The notes under the pieces: generated by a model
The model's input: only the letters and a program-made list of their open reading frames with translations
Told to the model about the DNA's origin: nothing
The model's database searches: none
In this document: positions 22,491 to 34,820 of the stretch, piece by piece
Layout: every line of letters begins with the position of its first letter
How positions within the stretch are numbered: the stretch's first letter is position 1
Made by a program: the position numbers and the translations under genes
Origin: Sphaerodactylus townsendi
Lineage: Eukaryota
DNA length: 64,000 bases
NCBI RefSeq assembly: GCF_021028975.2
Contig: NC_059427.1
Span: 135,284,001 to 135,348,000 of the forward strand
Direction of reading: 5' to 3'

Positions 22491-25400
22491 TCCCGTTCCA
22501 TAATCCTTCTTTCTTTCACCCTGACCAGTAAGAAATTAAGTGGGGCTATATTTTGCATTTTGAATCTAGGCTGAGCGATCAGCATTATTGACCTCATCCA
22601 CTGGGCCATAAATCAGCAGACAAGCAAAGGACTCCTCCATTTCTTCTGCCCTGACACGTACAGAAACAGATTTTGGCAGAGCTGTCTTACGAAGCAATTC
22701 AGGTACTTTCATCACAGCATAGATGAGGGAGTCCTTCTCCCCCTTCCCATTTGCCCCCCCCCTTTTTCCTAGGTTGTCAGCAACCTTGCATTACAAAAGA
22801 TTTAAAGAACCTGATGCACAGATTATTATAATGTTACACAGTTGCTGTTTAAAGCAACAACCACCAAAAATGGTGAGGGTAGGAATGGCTAGTGTAACAG
22901 ACAAGCGCAGAAAAAAATGACTAGAGTCTGTGTGGAACTGGGAAAACCTGAACTTGCCCTCCTACATGGCAACCTTCCAGGTTTTAAAGCAATTCCCCTA
23001 AAACTTTGAAGCAATATACTCTTCGAAAGATTGAAGAAAAGTTGGGGAAAATCCAGATGATGTATGAATGCGATTGGGAAGATGGTGATGAGGACAACTG
23101 GCCACCATGGGCTTGCCAAGCATGGGAAATACAAGTGCGCTGCTGCTGCTGCTGCCACCATGCCATGCCTGCCAGCTATGGGTGGGGGATTCCCGTCCTC
23201 TCCTCAGTGCAATCTGGAGTGGGGTGCACCTTGGCCCCCTGTGCTGGCAGCAGTGTTCTCTCAGGTTTACCTCAGGTTTTGATATTCCAGTAAAGCAATT
23301 AGGGAGTATAGCTGTTGTCAAGTGCCTGACTTGCCTGAGGAAAAGTCAAGGCTCCTAATTTATTATCTCTGTGTCACCTCCTCCATAATTTCTACTGCCT
23401 CTCACAGCTGCTGGTTCAAGAGTCTGGGATTTCAGAGCAATCCACAGGCTGTAATAAAAATATTTCTCCTCCAGACACTCCCGAGCAGCTCCCTCACTTC
23501 AGCAGGTTATGCTTGATGGAGCTTGGCTGCAAAGAGACTGCTCAGGTTGTCGTCTGTCTGCTCTATTGGCTTTTTGATCCTTTCTTGCCATAGTTATTCA
23601 AGAATCATGTTTTAGGAGAGCCCATGTTTATAATACAGCTGTCATAAATCTGCGATTTTAAAGATTTCTATCCTCCATTTTATGTTAAAGTTAACTTGGA
23701 ATAGTGTAGAATGCTGCAGCTCAATTACTACTGGGAGCTCGGTGGAGCATGTACATTGACACCCATTCTGCAATCACCCAGTTGGTTACTAGTCATTTAG
23801 TGGGTTCAATTCAAGGAACTGGTCGTCACCTACAAAGCCCTTCATGGTCCTGGACCCTCATACCTGCAGGATTGCCTGTCCTATCATGCTTCATTGCATG
23901 AGCTTTGATCATCTGAATAAAACCTTCTCAGGGTGCTACCCTACTAATGGGAAACAAGAGCAACTGCTTGTTCATATGCATTCAGTACTATTGCTCCCTT
24001 CAGTACTTGAGTTGCCAGCTCCGGATTGGGAAACACCTAGAGATCTGGCTGGGGATGAAGCCTTAGAAGGGTTGAGTTTGGGGAGGGGAAGGACTTCAGT
24101 GGGGTAATGTACCATAGAGTTCACCTTCCAAAACAGTCATTCTCTCCAGGAGAACTGACCTCTGGTGCCTGGAGTCCACTGTAATAGATCTCCAGCCATC
24201 ACCTGGAGACTGGAAACCCTAGTTGCCACTCTTCTATCATTTTTCAAAATAGGCAAAACAAAATTGTTCAGGAAGGCATTTTTATGAAGGGCTTAGAACT
24301 ATAGTATAACGAGGAAGCTCAGGAAGTAGCTTTTACAGAGAAATAGGATTGTAGTCTATTCCAATGATTATTGTATTGTTATAGAATAGTTTTCTACTTT
24401 TTGTAAACTGCCTTGAGACTCAGTGAGAAAGGCAGACTCCAAATAATCTAGCAATTTCTCCCCTATAATGTGGTTTCTGATTACTCACTGGATAAGAGGC
24501 TAGCTTTCCTATACAAATTTGCACTTATTCTTGCTGAGACACAAAACCCTTCTGATAGTGGCTGGCATCCAAGCACAATTATGGAATAAAACCTTTCTGG
24601 TTCTGACAAAGAAACATTAAAAGCTTGGGTCAGATAAAAAAAGTAATGTTATTTAAACAAAAAGAGTCTTTCCCCTTGTGCCCTAGTTTCCCTTTCATTT
24701 GCAGCCAGAACTTGGTGCAGAATTTAACAAAAGAGATCTGTCTGAATCAAACCTGAGTAATATGTTTTGCTTTTTAAAATTTTGCTGTTATTGTCAGGGG
24801 TTTTTTCCCCAGCAGAAAATCAGTATGAGGTGTGGGTACATTATTACAAACAACAGGATTGCTCAAGTCCAATAGAGGAGACCTTAGAGAGGGCTGATGC
24901 CTTGCAATAAATTCCATGTACCAGGGTTGTTTTTTTCAGTCTCTACTGGAGCAAAACAAGAGAACTGGAAACGTTCTGTTTGCACAGTTTTAACTGCATC
25001 ATTTGTCATTCACGGGTTAGCTGGGTTTTGTGGCAGTAAAGAGGGCCCTAGATGGGAAACCTAGGTAATCTCATCCAGCTTGCACAGTGAGATGGAATTT
25101 CTCCGTACTTAGGTTATTTATCTTACTAATTTCCTTATTTTGATCTTCAACCTCCTTTACTGTCCAAAGATGCGCACAACATCCAGTCTTCTCCATTGTG
25201 GTACTAACCTTATAAAACTTGGGGTTTCATAAAAGAACGGATGCTCCTATAGTACAACATTTTATTGGGCATAGCCACAAACCTGCAGATTTTAGGTTTT
25301 GGACCATTTTTAAATCAAACATATGTGCCTGGATGTTTGTGAAAAGGCTTAAATGAAAACACTGGATAGCAGCCACTCCTGCAGATAAGAGGTAGAGCAT

Positions 25401-25528
25401 ACCTGGAAACCTCATTTGGCTTTGTGCTTATAGAATTTTTGATTTGTAAAAAATCCCAAGGTTTTAGTTATGTTTAAGATAATTACAGGAAATGCCAAAT
25501 AGGTAATCTATACCATTTTAGCTTGGCA

Positions 25529-26130
25529 CAGTGGCGAAGCTCCCAGGGGGATGGGGGGGGGGGTTGCCATGCAACAGGTGCACGGATTTGGGTCACACGG
25601 GGGGTGCAAAATCCCCCCAGCCCCTCACCCTTCCCCCGCAGCCCCACTTGTGGCGCCCCCCCCCGCGAAATGTAGTTCCCACCAGAACAGGAAGGCCTGT
25701 TCTCCAGCCTGCTTGGTTTCCTAAAGTAAGTGTGGGGGGGTGTCGTGATTCCCTACGGTAAAAGCTTCTCATTTCTGGCTTTAGAAACCGGAAAGAGGGC
25801 TAGAGAACAGGCCTTCCTGTTCTGGTGGGAACTACATTTCCCAGGGTCTCCTGGGAAATGTAGTTCCCACACAGGTAGGCCTGTTCTGCAGCCTACTCGG
25901 TTTCCTAAAGTAAGTGTAGGGGGCGCGCGGGGAGAGGGCACCATGGGGGCAGGTGGGCAAGCGTGATTTCCTCCCCATACACACTTACTTTAGGAAACCA
26001 AGCAGGCTGGAGAATAGGCCTCCAGCCTGCTCAGTTCCCTAAAGTAAGTGGTGGTGGTTGGTGGTTAGTAGTGGTGGTGAGAGCCGCGGGGGAGGGGGCG
26101 CGCAAAAAAGCCAGCCCAGCTACGCCTCTG
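25529..26130. mobile_element. hAT-like non-autonomous transposon with internal repeats
   Basis: TIRs CAGTGGCGAAGCT / AGCTACGCCTCTG, 8-bp TSD GCTTGGCA / GCTTAGCA, and internal GGTTTCCTAAAGTAAGTGT repeated in both orientations. Confidence 0.82.
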
Positions 26131-26170
26131 GCTTAGCAAGATATAAGTTTGTCATTCTGGCAACACTTCT

Positions 26171-26854
26171 TGTCATGAGCCAGCTCTTGGGCACTGACCT
26201 GGGGGCTGAGAACTCTGATGAAGACACCGTGCATTCAGAGCTGGCTCCTTGCAAGGAAATGCAGGCAGCAGAGCCAATTCCCAGCCCTTCCTTGTAAGCT
26301 CAGGCAGAGCTTGATGCCTTGCACCTGGGAGAGTCTTCAGGAATCTCAAAAGAGCCAAGTAGTGAGCCAGCTGCTCAAAGGGGGCAAAGACATAGACTAC
26401 AGCTGCAGTCAAAGGAGAAGTGCTCACATTGCTGCAAGGCATGGCAGAAGACTCTGCCAGGTGGAGGCATCTGCATCTGAGGAGGATTTTGCTCTTGCAA
26501 GATTCCAGCCTCATTAGCCAGGACTTTCAATGTAAACCCTGTCCTGAGGTTGACTCTGTCTGGATGAAACAAGTATACTTCTTGGTAAGCTCCATGTACC
26601 TGGTCTCCCTCCCTCTGGCCTCCAGCTCTCAGCCAGCCTGCCTGCCTGCCTGCTTGATCTCCTGCCTGTGCCTTGACTTTGGACTGCCTTGTTGACCATA
26701 TCTTTGCCTGCTGCCTGCCCTGCCCCTGGTCTGCCTTGATCATGTCTTTGCTTACTGCCTGCCCTGACTCTGGACTAGTTATGACTATGCTTCATGTGCT
26801 GCCCACCTTGACTCTGGCTTGTCTGGCCACACTGTAGCTACTGCTTGCAGCACA
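26171..26854. mobile_element. Probable solo LTR (Gypsy-type)
   Basis: TGTCATGA...CA termini, 5-bp TSD CTTCT / TTTCT, and internal CTGCCTGCC(C/T)TGAC tandem motifs. Confidence 0.65.
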
Positions 26855-27807
26855 TTTCTATATGCTTTGTGAAATTATTCTTTGCACATGCTCTTATTAT
26901 AAGTAAGTTTTCTGCAGGGAGTCTCTGTTCATGTTTTATATAACCATAATTTGTATCTACTCTGTGAAAAATGTTCTATCTTTTTAACATGCTTTAAATT
27001 ATTCATAATTACTATGTGTTTTTAATTAATTTTTACCCTTTTAGCTACATCCCCCTGATGAAGCTCATGCGAAACACATAAGAGTATACAGACAATTAAC
27101 AAATTCCCTCAAGGACTGTTGGGTTTTTTTTTGCTTTTCCTTCATTGTGCTGAGTGTGCCTCTCAGCTTTTACACATTGATCTTTAAAGGCTGCCCCGAG
27201 TGGCTTGAGACCAAGATACCTCAAGGAGTGCTGCCTTCCATATGAACCCATCAATACACTCTGGGGATCTTCAGAGGCCCTGCTTCAGTCCTGCCCCACC
27301 CCCCGAAGTTAGATGAATGGTCCCTCTCAACTGTGGCACAAAAACTTTGAAACTCCCTCCCTAAGAAGAGTCAACTGTCTCCCGCTAACAGTTTTCCCAG
27401 AAGGTGAAGATGCCTTTGATTTGTCTAACATACCCTTAGTAATGATTACTGGCCTGCCTTCTAATTTTATGTGTTTTTAATTGAATAACTTTATCATTTT
27501 TTCAATGTTTTTACATTTTTGTTTCAATATTTAAATTTTTAAAAATATTAATCGCCTTGTAAACCCTGATCGAGTGGAAAGGTGGAATTAAAAATGTTTT
27601 AAATAAATAACCTTGTAAGTATGCTTCCTCTTAATAAAGTTCTATTTATATCAATAGGTCTTGCTTCCAATTGAGTGTGCTCTGTATTTTTCAGTCTTAT
27701 TTCTGTGAAAGTGTCTGGGAAATTAGGAAGCCTGAGGAAGCAATGACACCCCTTCCACTCAGATATCACTTTTAGATTAGAGCTGAACTAGCAAGTAGCT
27801 TCCTGTT

Positions 27808-28055
27808 GTCTGTTGTGGGTTTTCTGGGCTATGTGGCCTTGGTCTGGTACTTTTAGCTCCTAACAGTTTGCCCACATCTGTGGCTGGCATTGTCAGAGGC
27901 ATGTCATGGTAAGATGTCACATCTTATTGTGACATGCATCTGACAATGCCAGCAACAAATGCTGGTGAAACATTAGGAGCTAAAATTACCAGACTAAAGT
28001 CCCGCAGGCCAGAAAACCCACAACAGCCAGTCTATTCTGTGAGTGAAATTTGACA
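27808..28055. mobile_element. Fold-back Penelope-like element fragment
   Basis: Inverted arms homologous to 34285-34820, with degenerate hammerhead cores (CTGACAATGCCAGC...TGAAAC). Confidence 0.78.
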
Positions 28056-29750
28056 GTTTCCAGTTGCTCCAAACAGTTTTAAGATGTATTACAATTATGT
28101 ATTATTTAAACAATCACACTCCTAAGCATCCCACAGAAATAACCAGGGTTTACTTCTGAATAAATATATCTGGAATCAGGCTATAAAATGTAATATTTAT
28201 TTGATTTAATTTATATCCCAAACTTTCCTGATGAAGCTCAGCTCAGGGAGGTGTACACCAGCTAACAAAATAATAAATAGTTAAAATACAAAACATTAAA
28301 GCATATGACATTCATTAGCATTTACATCTGAAATGATAAAGTCTTAATCTAACAACAAAATGACACCTTAAAATACACACCCACCTCACACATAAGTTAA
28401 ACTAATATTCAAGAAGAGGAGTCATCACTGATACAAGTGATGTTGGGCCAGTAAGATAATGAAGGGGAGATCCCCCACAAAGTCTAATAGATCCAGTAGG
28501 GTCCAGAAAAAGGAAGAAAAATGGGGGGGGGGAAGGGGGAGGAAAATGACAAGAGGGAAAGGAAACAAGAAGGTAACACTGTTGCTGCACTCAAACAAAC
28601 ACCTGGTGGAACATTTCCATCTTACAGGCCCTGAAGAACTGAGCCAGGTCCTGGCAGGGCTCAGGTTTCACTTGACTGAGAGTTCTCCAAGCTCAGGGCC
28701 AGTACCAGAATAGGCACTGTATATGGGATTACTTTGCAAACGAATTGTCATTCTATGGTTACGACATAAAATGACCGGAATCTCACCTGTTTCTCGCTAA
28801 CGTACGGTAAATCACTGCTCAGTATAAAATGCCCCAAATATGGCTGGCAGTCATTAAATTATAAGTAAATATACACTGCAACACAGTTGAGGCCAACTTT
28901 TCTTATATAAAGATAAAAGTGGTTCCTGATCCCACTACCTTGCCCAGTAAATTTTAACTTTGAATACACTTTTATAGGAAAAACAGAAATTCCTGAAAAA
29001 GACATCAATCCAGTACGTTGGATCTTATTTAAAAAAATGAAGAGTCCTTAACTACAGTGGCGCCAGTGGTATCATTATAATATATACACTGTATGCAATG
29101 TACGCCATACTCTGTAATTACATCTATATTTCTGCATAAACTTTCCAACATGTTTGTGTGCTTAAGAGGGGTGGGGAAAGAAGAAAAACCCAGTTGCATA
29201 TGTTGCAGGCATTTGAAACAAAAAATAGTTTTGTAACAAGGAACCAACTTCTTTTAAAGAATTTCCCACTCTTTGCTTGCTTTACCTGAAGGAAACACTA
29301 AATAATCTTTTTATAAGTGGAAGTCAAGAGTAATTTGTTGCACCTGTGCCATTGTTGCTACTAATTTCCCAAACCGATCTCTCCTTTGTAGAGGTAACAC
29401 TCTGTAGTCTCATATGCCATAAGATTAACAGAGTCATTTCGAGAAGGTCTACTCTATTTAGTGGACTCATAACCATTAAGAATCGGTGAGAGTCTGATTG
29501 ATTTTATAGAAGTATATATTTTAGACTGTGATTTTTAAAATTTTTATATGCCAATAAAGGCTTTGCATGATGATAGTGGGATCAAGAAACTAAATCAGAA
29601 ATCTCATGACCTACAGGATTGAGGTGGAAGTAAAACAATATTAAATAAATGGGAATTCTCTGATAATTTGCAAACTTTGGTGTATGACCTTAATCTATTA
29701 ATAAATGAGACAGAACCTAAAACATGGCGCTACTATTGGATTTACTGGTT

Positions 29751-30047
29751 AGAAGATAAGAAGAGTTTGGATTTATATCCCCCCTTTCTCTCCTGTAGGA
29801 GACTCAAAGGGGCTTACAATCTCCTTTCCCTTCCCCCCTCACAACAAACATCCTGTGAGGTGGGTGGGACTGAGAGAGCTCAGAAGAACTGTGACTAGCC
29901 CAAGATCACCCAGATGGCATGTGTTGGAGTTCACAGGCTAATCTGAATTCCCCAGATAAACCTCTGCAGCTCAAGCGGCAGAGTGGGGAATCAAACCCGG
30001 TTCTAACCCGGTTAGAATGCACCTGCTCTTAACCATTACGCCACTGC
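29751..30047 (-). mobile_element. Squam3-like SINE
   Basis: Reverse complement of the 19381 and 33285 family. Confidence 0.88.
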
Positions 30048-31102
30048 ATAGTTGGGTTAAAATGAAGATTTTACTCCATATTTTTTTCCTGTTTATAGCA
30101 GTGACTCCCTCTGCTATTTAAGATGCAATTGTTGTTCAGTAAATTCATACAGAACTATTGCCGCTGCCCCCCCCCCCCCGCAAAACCCCAATTCAATCTG
30201 TCATACAGAGGTCATGGAAGACTGGGGTCTTGCAGCTCCTTTTACTTTGAAAAATACTATTATATGCTTCCAAATCAGCACATTCTTTGAGTTAAAGGGT
30301 TCAGTTTGCATGCTGATTCTGTTAGGGAGGGAATTTCACTATCTTTTTATCAGTGTGTTTTATGCTCAGCTTGACTTGGGTTTAATAGTATTAGTGGACT
30401 TTGTTAAGGAAGGAAGAATTTTGAGCTACAGTGAGGTGAGAGAGAAGGTAGCAGAAATTTATCTCTCAGAATTTCAGCGCTAATTAGAAATTTTATGATC
30501 TCAGGGCAACAACAAATTAACTTATTTTGGCCTTTAAAAGTTTTTGAAAAGGAAATTTATGAGCCTGAAAAGCAATCTAATTTGATGCCTGCAATATACA
30601 GATTCTTAAACATTTTGATAAAAATCCCTTATTTTAAAAGACTAGGTGGGATTATTACTAACATGCGCAATACAAAGAGCACTATAAATAAATATCTTAA
30701 CTATAAATAAAACTTCAAAATAGTTCGTAATTCACTTTTAAATACAGCTCAGAATTTCTTTCATCACAAAATTAAAGTTATGAACGAAGAATGGCTCTCT
30801 GTACATATAAAAATTAAGGAATGCTGACTGAACATATATATAAGAGATAACATAGTAAAATGCTGCATAGATGGTATTTAACTTCAGATAGAATAGCAAA
30901 AATGAGGAATAGCATCTTGAAGGAGTGTTGTAGATATAAGAGCAGAATTCGCTCACATCTTCATTGTTGGTAAAGATATTCTGGAGGAATGTGCTTAAAG
31001 GATTAGAAGAAATAAGATGGGTGAAGTTGTCAAATTACCTTAAATGTGTTTTATTAGGCATGATCCCCAGAAGCTAGAAACCAGAGAGAGAAAAATAGCT
31101 GA

Positions 31103-31622
31103 GCCCCTTTCCGCATAGGCCAAAAACGACAGCCTGGGGGCGGTAAAAACGCCGCCCCCAGGCCGCCGTTCGCACAGGAGCAGCGCCGACCTGACTGCCC
31201 CCCCCTCCCCCAGGGTGGCGTCAGGCCGCCCTAAACAACAACCCTTTAAAGGGTTGTTGTTGGGGGGAAAGCGTCTTCCCGCTGCGCGTAACCGCCGCCG
31301 AACAGCACGCTCATCGCCGTTTGCTGCCGCAGCCTGCGCCACGCTTGCTTGCTGGAAATGCCGGGAAAGTTCAGCCATCGCTGTCCTCCCACCCCCGGAG
31401 GTCGGAGGGCAGCGTATATGGGCTTCACGCTGTGCGCAGGCTTACCGATCGGGACAAGGTGAGTGGGACGGGGCAGGGGGAAGAGGCGGCTCCGTGCGGA
31501 GCCGCCTGCCGTTTGCCGGCCTCTGCTGAGGCTGTCCGCATGCGTGCATGGGAACGGCCTTCTCCACGCCGGCGGAATTCTCGCCGGCATGGAGGCGACA
31601 GGGAGGCCGTGTGGAAACGGCC
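31103..31622. mobile_element. GC-rich PIF/Harbinger non-autonomous element
   Basis: TIRs GCCCCTTTCCGCATAGGCC / GGCCGTGTGGAAACGGCC, 3-bp TSD TGA, and internal palindrome AAACAACAACCCTTTAAAGGGTTGTTGTTT. Confidence 0.82.
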
Positions 31623-33284
31623 TGAGAATCTTGGTAATAGCTGCTACATTAACAGCCCCATCGGGGGGGAGGGGGGATATCTGCCTGTGGGAGCTCTGGG
31701 GCAGCTACGCAGGTGTATTAGCCCTCTTTGAGGAACTTAACCCAGTGAAGGGGTGGAACCACTGCTGTGTGGCTGCTATCACCCTCCCCTGGCAGTGGGA
31801 TGCAGCAAGGATGCCACAGCAGGGACAGGCCTTGGAGAGAAGGCAACATTAGTTGGCTCTCTCTGGGTTTGCCGGCATTGCGCTGGCAAGCCACAGGCTA
31901 CACTTAAGCCAGCCTTTTGGCTGACACTGTGGCCAGATGCCTGGTCATGGCTCGGGCTGCCCCCCTGGCACAATGCTGGAAAAAATGAATTCCAGATTCA
32001 AATGTTTGGATCTGTAAAGCATGGCTCACCCTGCTAATGAGAAAGATAACTGCAATTAAAAATTATAGAATGGGCAGAGGAGAATACAAGAAGAATCCAT
32101 TACAGTTTGGCAACCACTCATTATTTGCTGGAATAAAATAAAGCCAGATGAAAATGTGTAAGGAATTCAGAGATGTATTTAAAAATTGATTAGGAATTAT
32201 TTTGAAGTTTATTTATAGCTGAGATGTTTGTTTATAATGTACTTTGTGTTGTGTTTATTAGTAAGCATTCTTGTAAATAGTATTCTAGTTGACTAAATAA
32301 TTTTTTTAAAAAAATAAGTCTATTTAATGGGAACCACATCCAAGGACATGCTCTTAAGATGACAATGTAAGTTCTCAGTCCTCTATACCAAGTTCTATAA
32401 TGGGATGAGGTGAGGCAGTTATTTTAGACTCCTCAGTTTCCTGCCTCACCATCCCCATTAATACTTGATGGACTGCTTCCAGCCTGTACTCTATGAGATT
32501 GCCCAAGAAGCCGCTTTTGTAGGAACCCAGTGGCAGAGATTCATTTGGTGGGGAGATGCATATGGGCCCTCTGAGAAGCCGCCCCAAATCTTTGTAACTC
32601 CCTCATTAGTTATGTCTGATACCTTCCTTACAAGCTTTCCAATGAGGGATGCTAGCCTCCAAGTGGGACCTGGGGATCTCCCAAAATTACAGCTCATTTC
32701 CAGTCTACATGAGATCAATTCCCCTGGATAAAAGGGATGCTTTGTTGAGTGAAATCGATGGCATTGTACCCCGCTGAGAACCCTGTCCTCCTCAGGATTT
32801 ATTCCCAAATCTCTAGGAGTTTCCCAACCCAGATCTGGCAACCCTACCCTCCCTCCATGACCCAGCCTGTGGCTAGGAGGACCAGACAACCCTACTTCCA
32901 ATGGTAGATAAAACACTTATTTCAGAACATTAAACTCTTACCTTGTTTTTAAAATTTTGGACTAGACTGTTGTAAATTGCTCTTAACTGTCTTCCTTTTT
33001 ATAATTTTTATAAATATGGATATGTTATGCTGATAATGTCCTGACTCGAGCAATTCTCTCACTTAGAAATGCGGGGTTTAACAGCCCAAATAAATAAATC
33101 AATTTAGAGTGCAATCTTATGTAGAGAAATCAGCGAAATTGCTAGAATTCTTTTTTAAATTGTGCTGTCAAATGTGTCCTTTTTTCCTTGATTATTTACA
33201 TCACCCCATCCTGCAAATATTTGTCTTTGCTACGCGTTTAAAAATGGAGAGGGCTTCCCTAAATGTGCTGTAGTGAATCTAATC

Positions 33285-33579
33285 AGCAGTGGCATAGGAG
33301 GTTAAGAGCTCGTGTATCTAATCTGGAGGAACCAGGTTTGATTCCCCGCTCTGCCGCCTGAGCTGTGGAGGCTTATCTGGGGAATTCAGATTAGCCTGTG
33401 CACTCCCACACACGCCAGCTGGGTGACCTTGGGCTAGTCACAGCTTCTCGGAGCTCTCTCAGCCCCACCCACCTCAGAGGGTGTTTGCTATAAGGGGGGA
33501 AGGGCAAGGAGATTGTAAGCCCCTTGGAGTCTCCTACAGGAGAGAAAGGGGGGATATAAATCCAAACTCTTCTTCTTCT
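33285..33579 (+). mobile_element. Full-length Squam3-like SINE
   Basis: tRNA-like head, (CTT)n tail, and 7-bp TSD TCTAATC (33278-33284, 33580-33586). Confidence 0.92.
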
Positions 33580-34284
33580 TCTAATCGACCAGGAACTTGA
33601 TTTCAGGAAATCTGGAGTTGCAAAGCTTTATATAGGCCAGGTGACCAGTGAAGCACTCATCTGCATCTGATGAAAAAGCCTGTGCCACTCACCTTTTCCA
33701 TCTCAACATAACTCACTTCAGGGATTGCAGTAAAGGGCTGAATTCCACCCTGAACTTCTTGGAGGAAGTGTGGGATATACATGTGAAGAATGAACAGATA
33801 TTTAGAGGAACTTTGTTGCACCTAAACTAGAAGATGCAACACTAAGTGAAAACCAAATGCAGTGGTGATAATCATTCTGGCAAGAGTGACTTAAAACCAA
33901 AAGTATGAGAGAGTGTGATAATAGTGTACATTACACTTACAAAGTATATGGTTTGGGCAATTTTTGTCTTCAGTTATTCAAAGGGGGCAGCTTTGAAGAG
34001 GCAGGCCAGATTCAGTGTCATAGCTAGGGTGGCCATGTATTCTACAAACCCAATATGTGCCAACCCTGCAGAAATCTAGCCGCTCATGCTCTGGTGTCCC
34101 AGTGATGTCTTGCCCTTCTTCGAAAAGCCTTCTAATTTTATTTCTGGCATGGCGACTGAGGCAGTTAGGACAACTTTTTTATTCAATAGGATTACACTAC
34201 ATGCCTATCTAAGTATACAAAGTCTGAATCATAACATGAGTAACAGATGCAAAGGGGAGGGAATGGAGAATACAGTGGTCTTAA

Positions 34285-34820
34285 TGTATTGTTGAAGGCT
34301 TTCGCGGCCAGACTCAACTGGTTGTTGTGGGCTTTCCGGGCTATGTGGCCGTGGTCTGATAGACCTTGTTCCTAACGTTTCGCCTGCATCTGTGGCTGGC
34401 ATCTTCAGGGGAGTTTCGCCCGCATCTGTGGCTGGCATCTTCACACTTCTCTTTGTGATACACCTCTGAAGATGCCAGCCACAGATGCAGGCGAAACATC
34501 AGGAACAAGATCTACCAGACCATGGCCACACAGCCTGGAAAACCCACAACAAACAGTGTTGTTGTCGAAGGCTTTCACGGCCGGATTCAACTGGTTGTGG
34601 TGGGTTTTCCTGGCTGTGTGGACGTGGTCTGGTGGATCTTGTTCCTAACGTTTTGCCTGCATCTGTGGCTGGCATCTTCAGAGGTGTATCACAGAGGGAA
34701 GTCTGTTACACACTTCCCTCTGTAATACACCTCTGAAGATGCCAGCCACAGATGCAGGCAAAATGTTGGGAACAAGATCCACCAGACCACATCCACACAG
34801 CCAGGAAAACCCACCACAAT
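34285..34820. mobile_element. Two tandem fold-back Penelope-like units carrying hammerhead ribozyme cores
   Basis: Each unit is a minus arm plus a plus arm of CCTCTGAAGATGCCAGCCACAGATGCAGGCGAAAC...CATGGCCACACAGCC...AAAACCCAC. This resembles lizard Penelope terminal repeats. Confidence 0.85.

Noticed and set aside
30214-30710. Two short ORFs possibly from a gene
   Set aside because: More likely a decayed L1/Tx1-like ORF2 remnant; too degenerate to call with confidence.
31040-31852. CpG-rich stretch with multiple ORFs; possible third promoter or gene
   Set aside because: The CpG-rich core coincides with a TIR- and TSD-bounded Harbinger-like element (31103-31622).
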